From Octopus vulgaris (taxonomy: Eukaryota): a stretch of DNA of 64,000 bases. Below the pieces are notes generated by a model that searched no databases, was not told the DNA's origin, and saw nothing but the letters and a program-made list of their open reading frames with translations. Where the stretch lies: NCBI GenBank assembly GCA_951406725.2, contig OX597817.1:165664001-165728000 (forward strand), read 5' to 3'. Both the position numbers and the translations under genes were made by a program. Positions 25,165 through 38,614 of this stretch are shown one piece after another; position 1 is the stretch's first letter; each line of letters opens with the position of its first letter.

Positions 25165-28120
25165 ATGTAGGAGGGCTGCTGCGCGGAAACTGTAAAAAGA
25201 AAATTTCATTCCTGAGAGACCTTGTGACATGCAATCAAGCTATATGCATGGCACTCACAGAAACGCATCTTGAACCCGATATAGGTGATGCAGAAATACA
25301 CATGCCGCAATATGCAGTCATACGCACAGATAGAAAAGGGAGGAGCCATGGTGGAGTTGCAATGTACATCCGAGATGACCTCACGCCCCAGGTCCTGCTG
25401 TCATATTCAAACTCAGTATGTGAAACTCAAATTGTACACATAAGACAACTGAATATCGTCATATGCACTACATATCGCCCACCAGACGCCCCAAAACACT
25501 CAGGCATGTTTGAAGACTGCCTAACAAAAATAGGAGAAGTCCTCACCAACCTTGAACAGCACAACAGTGTATTCTTCATGGGTGACTTTAACCTCCCCAA
25601 TGTGGAATGGCCTGGGGGGCAGATGCTCCCAGGGATGACACACCATCAGCAGGCACAGGTGGAGTCCCTGCTCCATCTCACAAATACCTCTTTCATGGAG
25701 CAAATAGTTCTGCAACCAACAAGGGCAGATAATATACTGGATCTCTGCTTTACAAACAATATGGATATTATCCATAATGTTAATGTGATGCCGACAATGA
25801 TCTCGGATCACAACATAATAGAGCTGTCTACGTATGGAACAAAAGCCCCCGCAGACACACAGCCTATACGAAGCACCCACCATCTCTCCAACTTAAACTT
25901 TCATAAAGCCAACTGGAAGTCGATTGAGAAAGAGATCCTCAAACAGGATTGGCCTGAATGTCTCTCCACACCGGACATAAACATGAAACACAAACACTTC
26001 ATGTCCATAATACAAGCCATATGTGACAAATATGTCCCAATGTGCAGGGCCAGCACACACAAGAATAAAAACAGGATCCCTAGAGAAAGGAGGATTCTTA
26101 TGAGACGACGGACAAGGATTGCAAACCGCCTGAGCAAGCACACCAAAAGTGGTGAGAAGTCTCGGCTCGAAAGAATGCTAATGGAAACTGAGAAAAGTCT
26201 ACATCAGTCCCATGAAAAGGAGAGAGCAGATAAAGAAGCTTGGGTAATAGAAAATATAAAATCAAACCCTAAAGCTTTCTTTAAGTTTGCCAAAGAGACA
26301 GCCACAGTGCACCAGAGAATAGGACCTCTCTTCCAAAAAGATGGCTCTCTCACAGGAAATCCCACGAGGATAAGTGAAATACTGAACGAACAGTTCCAAA
26401 GTGTATTCACTACACCTCTAGGACACAGGCAAGTAAACAACCCAGAAGAATTCTTTGCCACTTTACCAGCGGCCAAAGAGACAAAAATTGAGTACATCAA
26501 CATCGAAGAAGATGATATCACACTAGCCATTGATGAGATTGACACAAACTCAGCTGCTGGACCTGATGGATTCCCAGCGATCCTTCTCAAATCGTGCAAA
26601 CGAGCCCTTGCAAAACCGCTACAGCTTCTTTTTCAGAGCTTTCTTGCAAGTGGTAAGCTCCCAGTCAAACTGAAAGAGGGGGTAATATGCCCTATCCATA
26701 AGGGAGGTAGCAGAGCAGATGCTAAAAATTATAGGCCTATCTCTCTGACCTCACACATCAGCAAAGTCATGGAACGAATAGTCCGTAAGAAACTAATCAT
26801 GTTCCTTGAAGAAAATGACTTACTGTCTGACACCCAGCATGGATTTCGACCAGGTAGAGGCTGCCTAACACAGCTCCTGCAACACTATGACTGGGTGTTG
26901 AAACAGCTACTAAATGGCTCAAATGTGGATGTAATATATCTTGACTTTGCAAAAGCCTTTGATAAAGTCGACCATGGTATGATCTGTCACAAACTGCGTG
27001 GTCTCGGCATAGGCGGGAAACTTGGAGAGTGGCTGCACAACTTCCTAAAAGACAGAAAACAGGCAGTTGTGAGCAATGGAGCCACCTCCAGGGAAACGCA
27101 AATAACAAGCGGTGTCCCACAGGGCACTGTCTTGGGGCCACTGATGTTCATAGTGGCCCTTTCAGACATGCCTTCAGTTGCTACGATGACCACCCTTGCT
27201 AGCTATGCAGATGACACAAAGGTCTCCCACGCAATACAGAACCCTGAAAATATTGCGCATCTGCAACATGAGCTGGACACAATATACAGGTGGGCTGAGG
27301 ACAACAACATGCAGTTTAATGCAGGTAAGTTCCAGGCCCTGCGCTACTGGCACACAAAGGTAAATGACGTGAAGACTGGATACACTGGCCCAGGAAGAAT
27401 TGCAATCCCTGAGTCAAAATCAGTGCGTGACCTGGGCATTGACATGAGCAATGATGCATCTTTCCAAATGCATATTGCTAATCTGGTGATAAAATGCAGA
27501 CGGCTAGCTGGATGGATTCTCCGAACTTTCAGAACAAGAGAGAAGGAGACACTGATGGTCCTATGGAAAACATTTGTCCTCAGCCGCTTGGACTACTGCT
27601 CCCAACTTTGGTCACCACACAATATAAAACAAACAGCAGAACTCGAAGCAACTCAGAGAAGCTACACAAAGAAAATCGTCTCAATGCAAAATGTCAGCTA
27701 CTGGGAAAGACTGAAGGTATTAAACCTCTTCTCCCTGGAGCGGAGGCGGGAGAGATATGCAGTAATATACATCTGGAAAATCCTGGAGGGTCTTGTCCCA
27801 AACTTTGGCATTCAAAGTTACTCCAACCGCAGAACGGGCGCCGCTGCGTGGTGCCAAGGATTCCAACATCACCATCAAAATACAGGTCCAGATACTGCAA
27901 CAGCTTGGGTTTCAGAGGACCACAGCTTTTCAACATCCTCCCTAAATGCCTGAGAGACTTACATGGTGTGGATGTGGGTTTCTTTAAAACTAAACTGGAT
28001 CTCTTCTTGTTGGGAGTCCCAGATGAACCTACCTCACGACAGGAGACACGGATGCGGGCAGCAGCATCGAACTCCCTTGTTGATCAAGTGCCACGTATCA
28101 GAGGTGGATTCACAAACTAG
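25110..28120 (+). CDS. LINE ORF2: APE endonuclease plus reverse transcriptase, single frameshift at about 27838
   Basis: APE motifs LTETHL, GGVAMYI, YRPP, GDFN and SDH. RT motifs YRPISLTS, QHGFR, YLDFAKAFDKVDH, GVPQGTVLGP and YADD. The C-terminus (GRRC..GPQLFNILP..FKTKLDLFL..PDEP) continues in the 27494-28120 frame. Confidence 0.95.
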
Positions 28121-28198
28121 TGTGGCTCATTCAGCGGTGGTGCCCCAGCATGGCCGCGGCCTTCGGGCTAAAACATTTTTAAGGATTTAAGGATTTAA

Positions 28199-28241
<43 letters not shown>

Positions 28242-28324
28242 TATGTATATATATTATATATATGTACATGTATAATAGAAAGACAAAATGAACTGTCAAG
28301 TAATTGGTATTACTTGTTAGATGT

Positions 28325-28560
28325 GGAAGCGCCTTACTGGTTAGGGGTGTAGGACTCATGAGCTTAAAATTGTGGTTTCGATTCCTGGACCGAGCGACGT
28401 GTTGTGATCTTGGGCCAAACAATTCCATGTTGCTCCATTCCACTCAGGTGGCAAAAGGGAGCAATTCCACGACGGAACGGCGTCTTGTCCAGATGGGGAA
28501 TATATACGCCATGAAGCCGAGAAACCAGCCCTCATGAGTAGACTTGACTCGAGAATATAA
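28325..28560 (+). mobile_element. CORE-type tRNA SINE, working family D, diverged
   Basis: GGTTTCGATTCCTGGACCGAGCGACG..TTGTG.TCTTGG..GTTGCTCCA.TCCACTCAG is shared with 40820-41050. Confidence 0.7.
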
Positions 28561-28751
28561 CTACTTTGCTTATTAATTTATATAATTAAACATAATTGCC
28601 GAGTTGTTACACCAGAGTTGTTAGAATAAAGTATATCATAAAAATAAAGGATTAAGAATGTTTGCAGATAGTCTTTACCGCTGTTTCCAGAATAGATATG
28701 CAAGTGGGGCATTTCTCAGCGAACGAAGATAAGGTATCCATATATTCTTTT

Positions 28752-29365
28752 TTACTCTAGGAACAATGCCCGAAATTTTTGGGGAAGGGCCAGTCAATTA
28801 GATCGATCCCAATACGCATCTAATACTTAATTTATCGACTTCACTACACAACTAGTATATAATTTATCGACCCCGAAAGGATGAAAGGCAGTGTTGACCT
28901 CGGCGGAATTTGAACTCAGAATGTGGTTGGCATTCCGTCGGTTACGACGACGAGGGTTCCAGTTGATCTGATCAACAGAACAGCCTTGCTCGTGAAATTA
29001 ACGTGCACTCCAGAGACACGTGTACCCTTCTCGGGGAGATTCAGCGTGACGCAGAGCGTGACAAGGCTGGCCCTTTGAAATACAGGTACAATAGAAACAG
29101 GAAGAAAGAGTAAGAGAAAGTTGTGGTGAAAGAGTACAGTAGGGTACGCCACCATCCCCTGCTGGAGCGTCGTGGAACTTTAAGTGTTTTCGCTCAATAA
29201 ACACTCACAACGTCCGGTCTTGGAATCGAAACCGCGATCCTACGATCGCGAGTCCCCTGCCCTAATCACTGGGCCATTGCACCTCCACTCAGAACGTAAA
29301 GATAGACGAAATACTGCTAAACATTTCGCCCGGCATGCTAACGTTTCTGCCAGCGCGCCGCCTTA
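28752..29365 (-). mobile_element. SINE family B interrupted by a family C SINE (28925-29286, minus)
   Basis: The family B sequence breaks at GAACTCAGAA and resumes after the insert. Target duplication ACTCAGAA(T/C)GT at 28914-28924 and 29287-29297. Confidence 0.88.
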
Positions 29366-31103
29366 TGGTATCCATATATTAGCTATCCATATATCTATTA
29401 CATTACGTCATTAGACCCAGTTTTACCTCAACTCTCTCTCTCTCTCTCTTTCTATCTGTCTGTCTTTCCCAGTCTGTCTGTCTGTCTGTCCCTCTCTCTC
29501 TCTCTCTCCCTCTCTCTCTCTCTGTATATACCGGAGTGGCATTGTGGTACGTAGTTTGCTTCCCTACCGCATAGTTCTAGGTTCAATCTAAATATGTGGC
29601 ACATTCTGCAAGTATCTTCTACTCTAATCAGTACCAACTAAAGCCTTTCGAGTGGATTGGACTGATGGAAAGTGAAAGAAGCCCGTCGTGTGTGTGTATG
29701 TGTATGTATGTGTGTAAGGTGAGTGTGTGTGTTTGTGTATGTAAGGAATAGACATAAAATAAGAAAAACACACGACAATGCTTTGCAAACGAAGAAAGTA
29801 AGCCCAATCTTAAGCCATCGTCAGCTGTTGCTCTGTCGACTATAGAAGTTTCTATACCTGAGACTGGACTGCGTAACTTAGGGGAGTCAACAACCAGCCA
29901 TACAACCTTTAGGCAAATGAAATAATGGAGATGAGATACAAAAACAGGAGAAAAATATCTTAATGACAGAGACGAAGATGACATAGGGACGGAGAAAGGC
30001 TGTATGGTTAAGACTAGCGGTGAGGGGAGAAAAAATGTACAGTTTAGTTACGATAAATTTATATGAAACACGACAGAGGGAGTGTGTTCTTTTGAGATAA
30101 AACAAGGCAAGAAGTGGTTAGGATTGGAAGGAAATCGAAAAGAAAGGCAAGATGAAACAGCTTAGAGAAAGAAGGGAACAGGAGAGAAAGGTGGAGAGGA
30201 CGAGATATAGGAAGATAGGAAGAGAGAGGGGAATAAATAAAAGGAGAGAGAGACACAGATGAAGAGGGAGAGGAAGAGAGTGAGAGGTCGAAAGGAAGGA
30301 GAAAGAGAGAGGTCCCAGTAGACGTGGAAAGACTTAAACACAAGGACGTGAGACGACCTTTTGCTGCTTCGTGCGACATAATTTAATTGTAGCGTGACCA
30401 AGCTTTACGCCCATCAGTATACGTTCCGTATGATGGTTTAATAAAATAAATCCGTTCCTATCGAGCAGATATAGTGTTCTAAGCTGACAAAGTGAAGCAG
30501 CACGAATACGCATGTGTCATACGATCCAATGACGTCATTTACAGCCCGTCTTGCGTTTTCATATCTGTCTGACAGGAGAATTTTCTCCCGGGATTATCTC
30601 AGAATCGGAAGGCCTTCTCACGTCTGAGTGCACTCGAACGTGTCGAATATGATGTCACATAAATATACACGCATATATACATAGATACACACACACACAC
30701 ACACACATATACACATGTATGTACGCATGTATGCAAGTGCTTTGTGGAATGTCGCAGTTACGAAGTCGCAAAAGTGATACTCTTATGTAACGTCTTAAAC
30801 AAGTGGCAGATACCATAACAACGGGTTCACATCACCTAAGGTTATGGTAAAAAGCAATATGAATGAAACTGGGTACACGGCAACTGTGAACACCCGTAGA
30901 ATATGCTATAACAGCAATTTCAAAGGACCAGCTGTGTCAGTATATACCTTTCATTTATACTTGGTGTTTTACTCCCTTAATTGAATGAGTTTGTACCCAT
31001 CATTGATACCGACTAAGGTCCGTTTCTACTACTTTTATGTATATACGCATGTACTACACAAATTACGCTGCATAGTTAAGAAGCTCGCTTTTGCAGCCAC
31101 ATA

Positions 31104-31269
31104 TATATCTTTACTACCCACAAAGGGCTAAACACAGAGGGGACAAACAAGGACAGACAAAGGGATTAAGTCGATTACATCGACCCCAGTGCGTAACTGG
31201 TACTTAATTTATCGACCCCGAAAGGATAAAAGGCAAAGTCGACCTCGGCGGAATTTGAACTCAGAACGT
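31104..31269 (-). mobile_element. Headless family B unit inserted into a family A head
   Basis: Target duplication AGCCACATA at 31095-31103 and 31270-31278, with family A head sequence on both sides. Confidence 0.85.
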
Positions 31270-31830
31270 AGCCACATAGTTTCGGGTTCAGTCCCACTGA
31301 GCGGTGTTTGGGAAAGTGTCTTGTAAGGGAATTTGGTGGAAAGAAAGTTGCTGGAAGCCCGTCGCACGCGTCTGTCAGTCGCCATGATAGGTCGTTTGCC
31401 ACTACACACATTTTTTTCTCTCCTTGTTTTTTTTCTGTGTCCCATTCTGTAGAAGAGCGTAGGCTCGAAACGTAAAAGACTTTTTTTTATTCCTGAGCGT
31501 TATACTAATACATCTGTTTGTTTTGTACACCACCTGTCTTCGTCTTTTGTTTTTTTCGTAAACTCTTCCAATATATCACACGCTCACGTGGTCGCAGATG
31601 TTGACCCTATCATTTCTTACCACACACGAACTTCTGCACTGGACTTTCTATCTACCCTTTACGGATTCTTTTTTGGACATTTACCCTCCGACTCTCCTAC
31701 CTACGGATCACTGTGGACTCTAATATATATATATATATATGAGCGCTACTAAAAGCTTTCTTTCAGCTCCGTGCCTTCAACAAGCATAGATCGACTTCCC
31801 TGTCTTTCGCAAGCCCCTATATACATATAG

Positions 31831-32232
31831 GGGCAGGAGTGGCTGTGTGGTAAGTAGCTTGCTTACCAACCACATGGTTCTGGGTTCAGTCCCACTGCGT
31901 GGCATCTTGGGCAAGTGTCTTCTGCTATAGCTCCGGGCCGACCAATGCCTTGTGAGTGGATTTGGTAGACGGAAACTGAAAGAAGCCTGACGTATATATG
32001 TATATAGATATATGCATGTGTGTATATATGCTTGCGTGTCTGTGTTTGTCCCCCTAGCATTGCTTGACAACCAATACTGGTGTGTTTACGTCCCCGTCAC
32101 TTAGCAGTTCGGCAAAAGAGACAGGTAGAATAAGTACTGAGCTTACAAAGAATAAGTCCCGGGGTCGATTTGCTCGACTAAAGGCGGTGCTCCAGCATGG
32201 CCGCAGTCAAATGACTGAAGGAAGTAAAAGAG
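31831..32232 (+). mobile_element. SINE family A, full length
   Basis: Near-identical to 39568-39962, sharing the variants GGCATCTTGG, CCAATGCC and CCCTAGCATTGC. Confidence 0.93.
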
Positions 32233-32385
32233 AAAGATATATATATATATATATATATGTATGCATACATGTACACACACATACATACATGCATGCTTAC
32301 ATACATACATGCATATGCATACATACATACATGCATATGCATACATACATACATATGCATACATACACACATACGTATACATAAT

Positions 32386-32416
<31 letters not shown>

Positions 32417-32498
32417 CAAACACACGCATGCACATGAATTTATATATTGTGTACATGTAAGTGTATCTGATCAGGTATCTACCCCTCTTTGAAAAATC

Positions 32499-32586
<88 letters not shown>

Positions 32587-32709
32587 CACACCCACACACA
32601 ACAAACATACGCATGCATTTATATTATGTATATATAAGTGTATTTGATCATGTATCTACCCTTCTTTGAAAAATCCTCTCTCTCTCTCACTCTCTCTCTC
32701 TCTCACTCA

Positions 32710-33490
<781 letters not shown>

Positions 33491-33756
33491 TAGGGTATGA
33501 TATTATATTCGTGTGTATGAGACATGCTTATTTACAAGACAGACAACACCCTTATGTGATAAACTGCGGTAGACGTCATAATTGAGAAAAAAAAAATAAC
33601 AACAAACAGAAACTGAAAGAAGAAAAACAGCCGACCAAGTGCAGATGCATGGAAAAAGCCTACCATACAAACATACGCACGCAGATACATAGACACGTAT
33701 ATCCATATCAAGCTTCTAAGTACATATACGTGTGTATGTGTTCATGTGTGGGTATA

Positions 33757-34029
33757 CTCTTTTGCTTGTTTCAGTCATCTGACTGCGACCATGCTGGAGC
33801 ACCCCTTATATGTATTTCACCTTTTGCCTGTTCGGTCGTCGCTGGACAGCAGCTATGGTGGGGAGACTATATCGAAGGGCTGTAATCGAACAGGTCAATT
33901 CTGGTACATAATTCTTTAAAGTCTGGTTCATATTCTATCGGGCTCTGTTTCTGAACTGCTAAGTTATGGAAACCTAAACAAAGAACAACCGGTTTTTTAA
34001 GCGGTGGGATGGTGACGAACATAGGAACC

Positions 34030-34075
<46 letters not shown>

Positions 34076-34222
34076 TACACACACATACACAAACACACAC
34101 AAACACACACACACACACACACATACACATGCCCCCTCCCCCATCTACATTTATGTATATGATGGGTTTCCACGCAGTTTTCGTCCACCAATGTCACTCG
34201 CAAGGTATTGGTCGGGGCTATA
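33757..34222 (-). mobile_element. SINE family A, diverged
   Basis: CTTGTTTCAGTCAT..CATGCTGGAGCAC tail followed by ordered internal blocks. Confidence 0.7.
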
Positions 34223-34666
34223 TAAGATTATATATAATATATTTGCGTATACGAATATATCTAAATATTAGACAGCCTAACCGCAAGAGAAATTTAAACT
34301 CATGCCTTCATTAGTTTTGATCTACGGCAAAATTCAGAGCAAGTCTTTTGACGGACTCTTTCATGGTTTCTTCACCGATCCTCAGAGAAGACTTGCATAC
34401 CCGGTTTCATTCCACAATCGGTATCATAAAATATTTATTCTATATATAGTAGTATTAATTTATGCTGCTACCATAACACCTGAATATTATATATCGGAGA
34501 AAGAAGATGGATATGTCTATCATAAGGAGGACTCAATTATCTATGATAAAATCCATCAGGTGACTCACGCCTTCTATTCTCGCATGATAAATGCATAGAA
34601 AGAATACACTTGAATTTTTATATTTCTTTCACAGTTAGATATTCAAATATTTAAATTATTTACTCT

Positions 34667-34822
34667 GTGTAGCTCTGTGGTAAGTCGCTTGCTAACCAAC
34701 CATCTGGTTCCGGGTTCAGTACCACTGCGTGGTACCTTGGGCAACTGTCTTCTACTATAGCCTCGGGCCGACCAAAGGTTTGTGAGTAGATTTGGTACAC
34801 GGAAACTGAAACAAGCCCGTCG

Positions 34823-34855
<33 letters not shown>

Positions 34856-35071
34856 ATGTGTGTGTGTATGTTTGTGTGTCTGTGTGTATCCCACCCACCA
34901 TCGCTTGACAACCGATGCTGGTGTGTTTACGTCCCCGTCACTTTGCAGTTCGGCAAAAGTGACCGATAGAATAAGTACTAAGCTTACAAAGAATAAGTCC
35001 TGGGGGTGGATTTGCAAGACTAAAGACTGTGCTCCAGCATGGCCGTAGTCAAATGGCTGAAACAAGTAAAA
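34667..35071 (+). mobile_element. SINE family A, full length
   Basis: Head-to-tail match to the reference copy. Confidence 0.9.
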
Positions 35072-35400
35072 GTAGATTAACGAAGATCCATTAAACACAC
35101 AAATATGTAAAGTAAGTTATCCACTATTGTGATAACCGAATTTATGGCTGCTTTATTCTTGTAATTAGATATTCTAAGATATTAATTACGTAAATAAAGT
35201 TTTGTCTGAGGCGCGATAAAAAAAATTGTAAAACAATCCGTCAGGGGACTCCGCATCTTGTTTTTTTCCGCACATCAAAACAGATGCAACGGGTAATCAT
35301 TGCTATATTTCTCTCCTACTGAGACTTCCAGCTATTTGAATCTATTTAATTCTTCTGATTCTCCGTGTGTTGTGTATACAATACACATTGCAAGCGCACG

Positions 35401-35451
<51 letters not shown>

Positions 35452-35537
35452 TGCATGCATCCATATATACATACATGCATATACTTACATATATAAGCAC
35501 GCGCGTGTGTGTGTGTATATATGTATAAATATGTGTG

Positions 35538-36030
35538 GGTGAGCTGGCAGAACCGTTAGCAGGCCGGATAAATACTTAGCGGTATTTCGTCTGTTTTTGC
35601 GTTCTGAGTTCAAATTTCGTCTCGATCGACTTTGCTTTTCATCCTTTCGGGGTCGATAAAGTAAGTACTAGACAAGAAATGTGGTCGATGTAATCAACTT
35701 CCCTACACTCTCTCTCTAAAAGCTATTAGGTCTGTACCAAAATTTGAAACCATAGAAGAGGTGAGTCGGCAGAATTGTCAGGACGCCCAACAAAATGTTT
35801 AGCGGCATTTCATCTGTCTTTGTGTTCTGAGTTCAAATTCCACCAAGGGTGGCTTTGCTTTTCATCCTTTCAGGGTTGTCACATTCCGGGTGAAGATGAA
35901 TCTTCCTCAGAACTATGTTAAGTGTACGTGTGCCAATGGTGTGCTCATTCAATTGCTCGTTAATTTCATGATCAGATAGTTCCATTGTTCGGATCAACTT
36001 GAATCCTCGTTGCCTCAACCGTCGGAATGC
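35538..36030 (+). mobile_element. Two adjacent family B SINEs; the second carries the tail otherwise seen on family C
   Basis: GAGCTGGCAGAACCGTTAGC heads (the second diverged) at 35540 and 35763. The segment 35897-36030 resembles the reverse complement of 28925-29045. Confidence 0.7.
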
Positions 36031-37329
36031 AAGTTTACCATTATATATAAAATGTATGTGTTCTACACTTGACTAGTGAGACACTGTTATGTCTTTATAT
36101 AGTGAACATCTGATTCAAAGCCTAAATTGATTCAAAGCAACCAATTGACTTTGATGTAAAGAATGTGACGTATAAAGAATGTGTGAATTAGAGCTGCACA
36201 ACTAGGTATAAAGTGAGGGGTCCAAAAGCTTCACTGATAAAATATCTATGTGCTATTTGGTCCAGCGCCTTGATTCGTGTAATAACTATTCACCATTATG
36301 TAAAGATTTTTTGATCCAAAACTTTAATTGGTGAAATACCATCACACCATATTCTCATAATATCCCTTCATTATATATTTAATGAATGACCCAACACCTT
36401 GACGGGTGTAAACCCAAATCTTCTGTATGTCATTACATTGCCGTATTCTTGTCAGCTGCCGATAATATCCTCTAAATTTTCCACTTCATTTTCTTAAGAA
36501 TTTTTTCATGGCTGTCTAGGATGAGAGAAAATCTCGATTTATCCCGGAAGATAACATTTTGGAAACAATCCAGAAAAACCACTTTGTATTAGTAAATGTT
36601 TTATTTAACTATTTTCCCGATAATTGGAGATTCTAGACAACAAACTCCAATTACAATTTCTGAACAGCTTCAAAAAGTTTCAAAAAGTGAGAATAGATAG
36701 ATTTCTCTCGTTGCTTGTCGAGAAGGTTTTTTTTTTATGATAAGAAAGGAAAGGTCTGTTTCTTGTCACTAGATTTTAGTCTAGTGAACCTTCTCTTATC
36801 GCTTGAACTTTGAGCCTTTGCTCTGACGGGCTCATTTTTCCTCGCTGATGAACCCTATTACATGATTTTCAAAGATTATTCTACCTATTGCAGTGAATGG
36901 AATATTTTTTTTTTGTTTTTTATTTTTGTAAATTTTTGATAGCCCCCAATCTCTGAATTTCTTTCCGCAAAAGAAATTCTATGTAAATTAAAATGTAATT
37001 GAACGTATAACTTATGAAAATGGAATCCATCAAATTTGAGAGTAGGGATGGTACCCACTTTCCACGAAGATGCGAACAGTAGTAAGAAGTATCACTACAT
37101 AAAAAAGAAAATACTTAGCATAAAACATCTAAAAAAAAACAAGGTGAATGAAAAAAATTCTAATCAAAAAAACCTAAATGAAAAGAATTAAAATATGAAA
37201 ACGGTGGTGAAAATTGGCAAATACAATGACTTTATCATACTAGGTATGTATGTCTGTGTGAGTATACATGTGTATATATACCCACATTTATGAATATATA
37301 TACACATATGCGTTTATATAATACAGCTC

Positions 37330-37600
37330 TATATTTAAGAGATGAGGAATTATGTACATTATTTACATTTACGGATAATTGTCCTCATCTTGTTTGTTGT
37401 TAACACATCGTTTCGGCTGATATACCCACCAGCCTTCATCAGGTGTCTTTGGGGAAATTTCTTGGATATGCTTTTGTTTTGAAAAATCACTTCTCATCTG
37501 AAGATTATGGTATTTTAAGATGAGGTAATGTCTTCGTTCTTCTATTAAAAGTTACGTAAGGAACAACTGTAATGCGCTGACAGTTATCCATCGGATGTTA
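37330..37600. mobile_element. Penelope-like fragments with hammerhead motifs (37403-37446 minus; degenerate 37495-37575 plus)
   Basis: Minus strand reads ACAC-CUGAUGA-A-GGCUG-loop-CAGCC-GAA-ACGA-U-GUGU. Confidence 0.6.
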
Positions 37601-37612
37601 TAATTCATTTGA

Positions 37613-37684
<72 letters not shown>

Positions 37685-37699
37685 ATATATAATTAATCC

Positions 37700-38100
37700 C
37701 CCAAAACGAAGAAAAACACAAGATAAAACAACAATACGAGAACATGGTACACGCAAAGTATTACTAAGACGCTCAAGGAAAGAGAGAAACGGTGTTTTAC
37801 GTTTCAAGCAAAGCTTTTCTTCAGAAACAGGAGACAGAGGTAAGTCGAAAATGAAGACGGAGGAAGATAACCACCAACAATATGTATAGTTGGTTAAAAA
37901 ACGGAGAAAAAAGACAAGAAAAAACCCCCCAAAAAACGCGAGGACGTCGTACGTGCGAGGGATTAATGAGATGCCCAGAGAAAGAAAAAAATGGTTCTAT
38001 TACGTTTCGAGCATAGCCCACATTCGGAAACAGAAGACAGGAAAGTCCAAAAGAAAAGGAAGAAGAAGGGAAAAAAATCGCCAGCAGTCCACGTCTAGTT
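37700..38100 (-). mobile_element. Diverged tandem pair of hammerhead-bearing units of about 200 bp
   Basis: Hammerhead at 37793-37829 and a decayed one at about 37995-38032, each followed on the + strand by GAAACAG.AGACAG..AAGTC.AAA. Confidence 0.6.
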
Positions 38101-38118
38101 ACATTTATATATATATAT

Positions 38119-38478
38119 AGGTGCAGGCGTGGCTGTGTGGTAAGCTTGCTTCCCAACCACATACTTCCGGGTTCAGTCCCACTGCGTGGCACCTTGGGCA
38201 ACTGTCTTCTACTAAGGCCTCGGATCGAACAAAATCTTGTGAGTGGTTTTGGTAGAAGGATACTGAAAGAAGCTCGTCATATATTACTGTTATTCTTTTA
38301 CTTGTTTCAGTCATTTGACTGCGGTCATGCAGGAGCCCACATCGACCCCAGGACTTATTCTTTGTAAGCCTAGCACTTATTCTATCGGTCTCTTTATCCG
38401 AAACACTAAGTTACGGAAACGTAAACACACCAGCTTCAGTTGTCAAGCGACGGTGAGGGTACAAACACAGACACAGAA

Positions 38479-38531
<53 letters not shown>

Positions 38532-38572
38532 TGTGTGTATGTGTGTATGTATCTCTGTGTGTGAGTCTGTGT

Positions 38573-38614
<42 letters not shown>

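Larger units (their letters stand above)
24695..28201 (+). mobile_element. CR1-group non-LTR retrotransposon, 5'-truncated within ORF1
   Basis: ORF1 remnant, APE+RT ORF2, and a short 3' UTR ending in (TTTAAGGA)3 at 28178-28201. Flanked by TA-rich microsatellite. Confidence 0.95.

Noticed and set aside
25521-27936. Minus-strand ORFs inside the LINE
   Set aside because: They are antisense shadows of ORF2 with no motifs of their own.
34302-34598. 98-aa ORF
   Set aside because: No recognisable domain and no convincing splice context.
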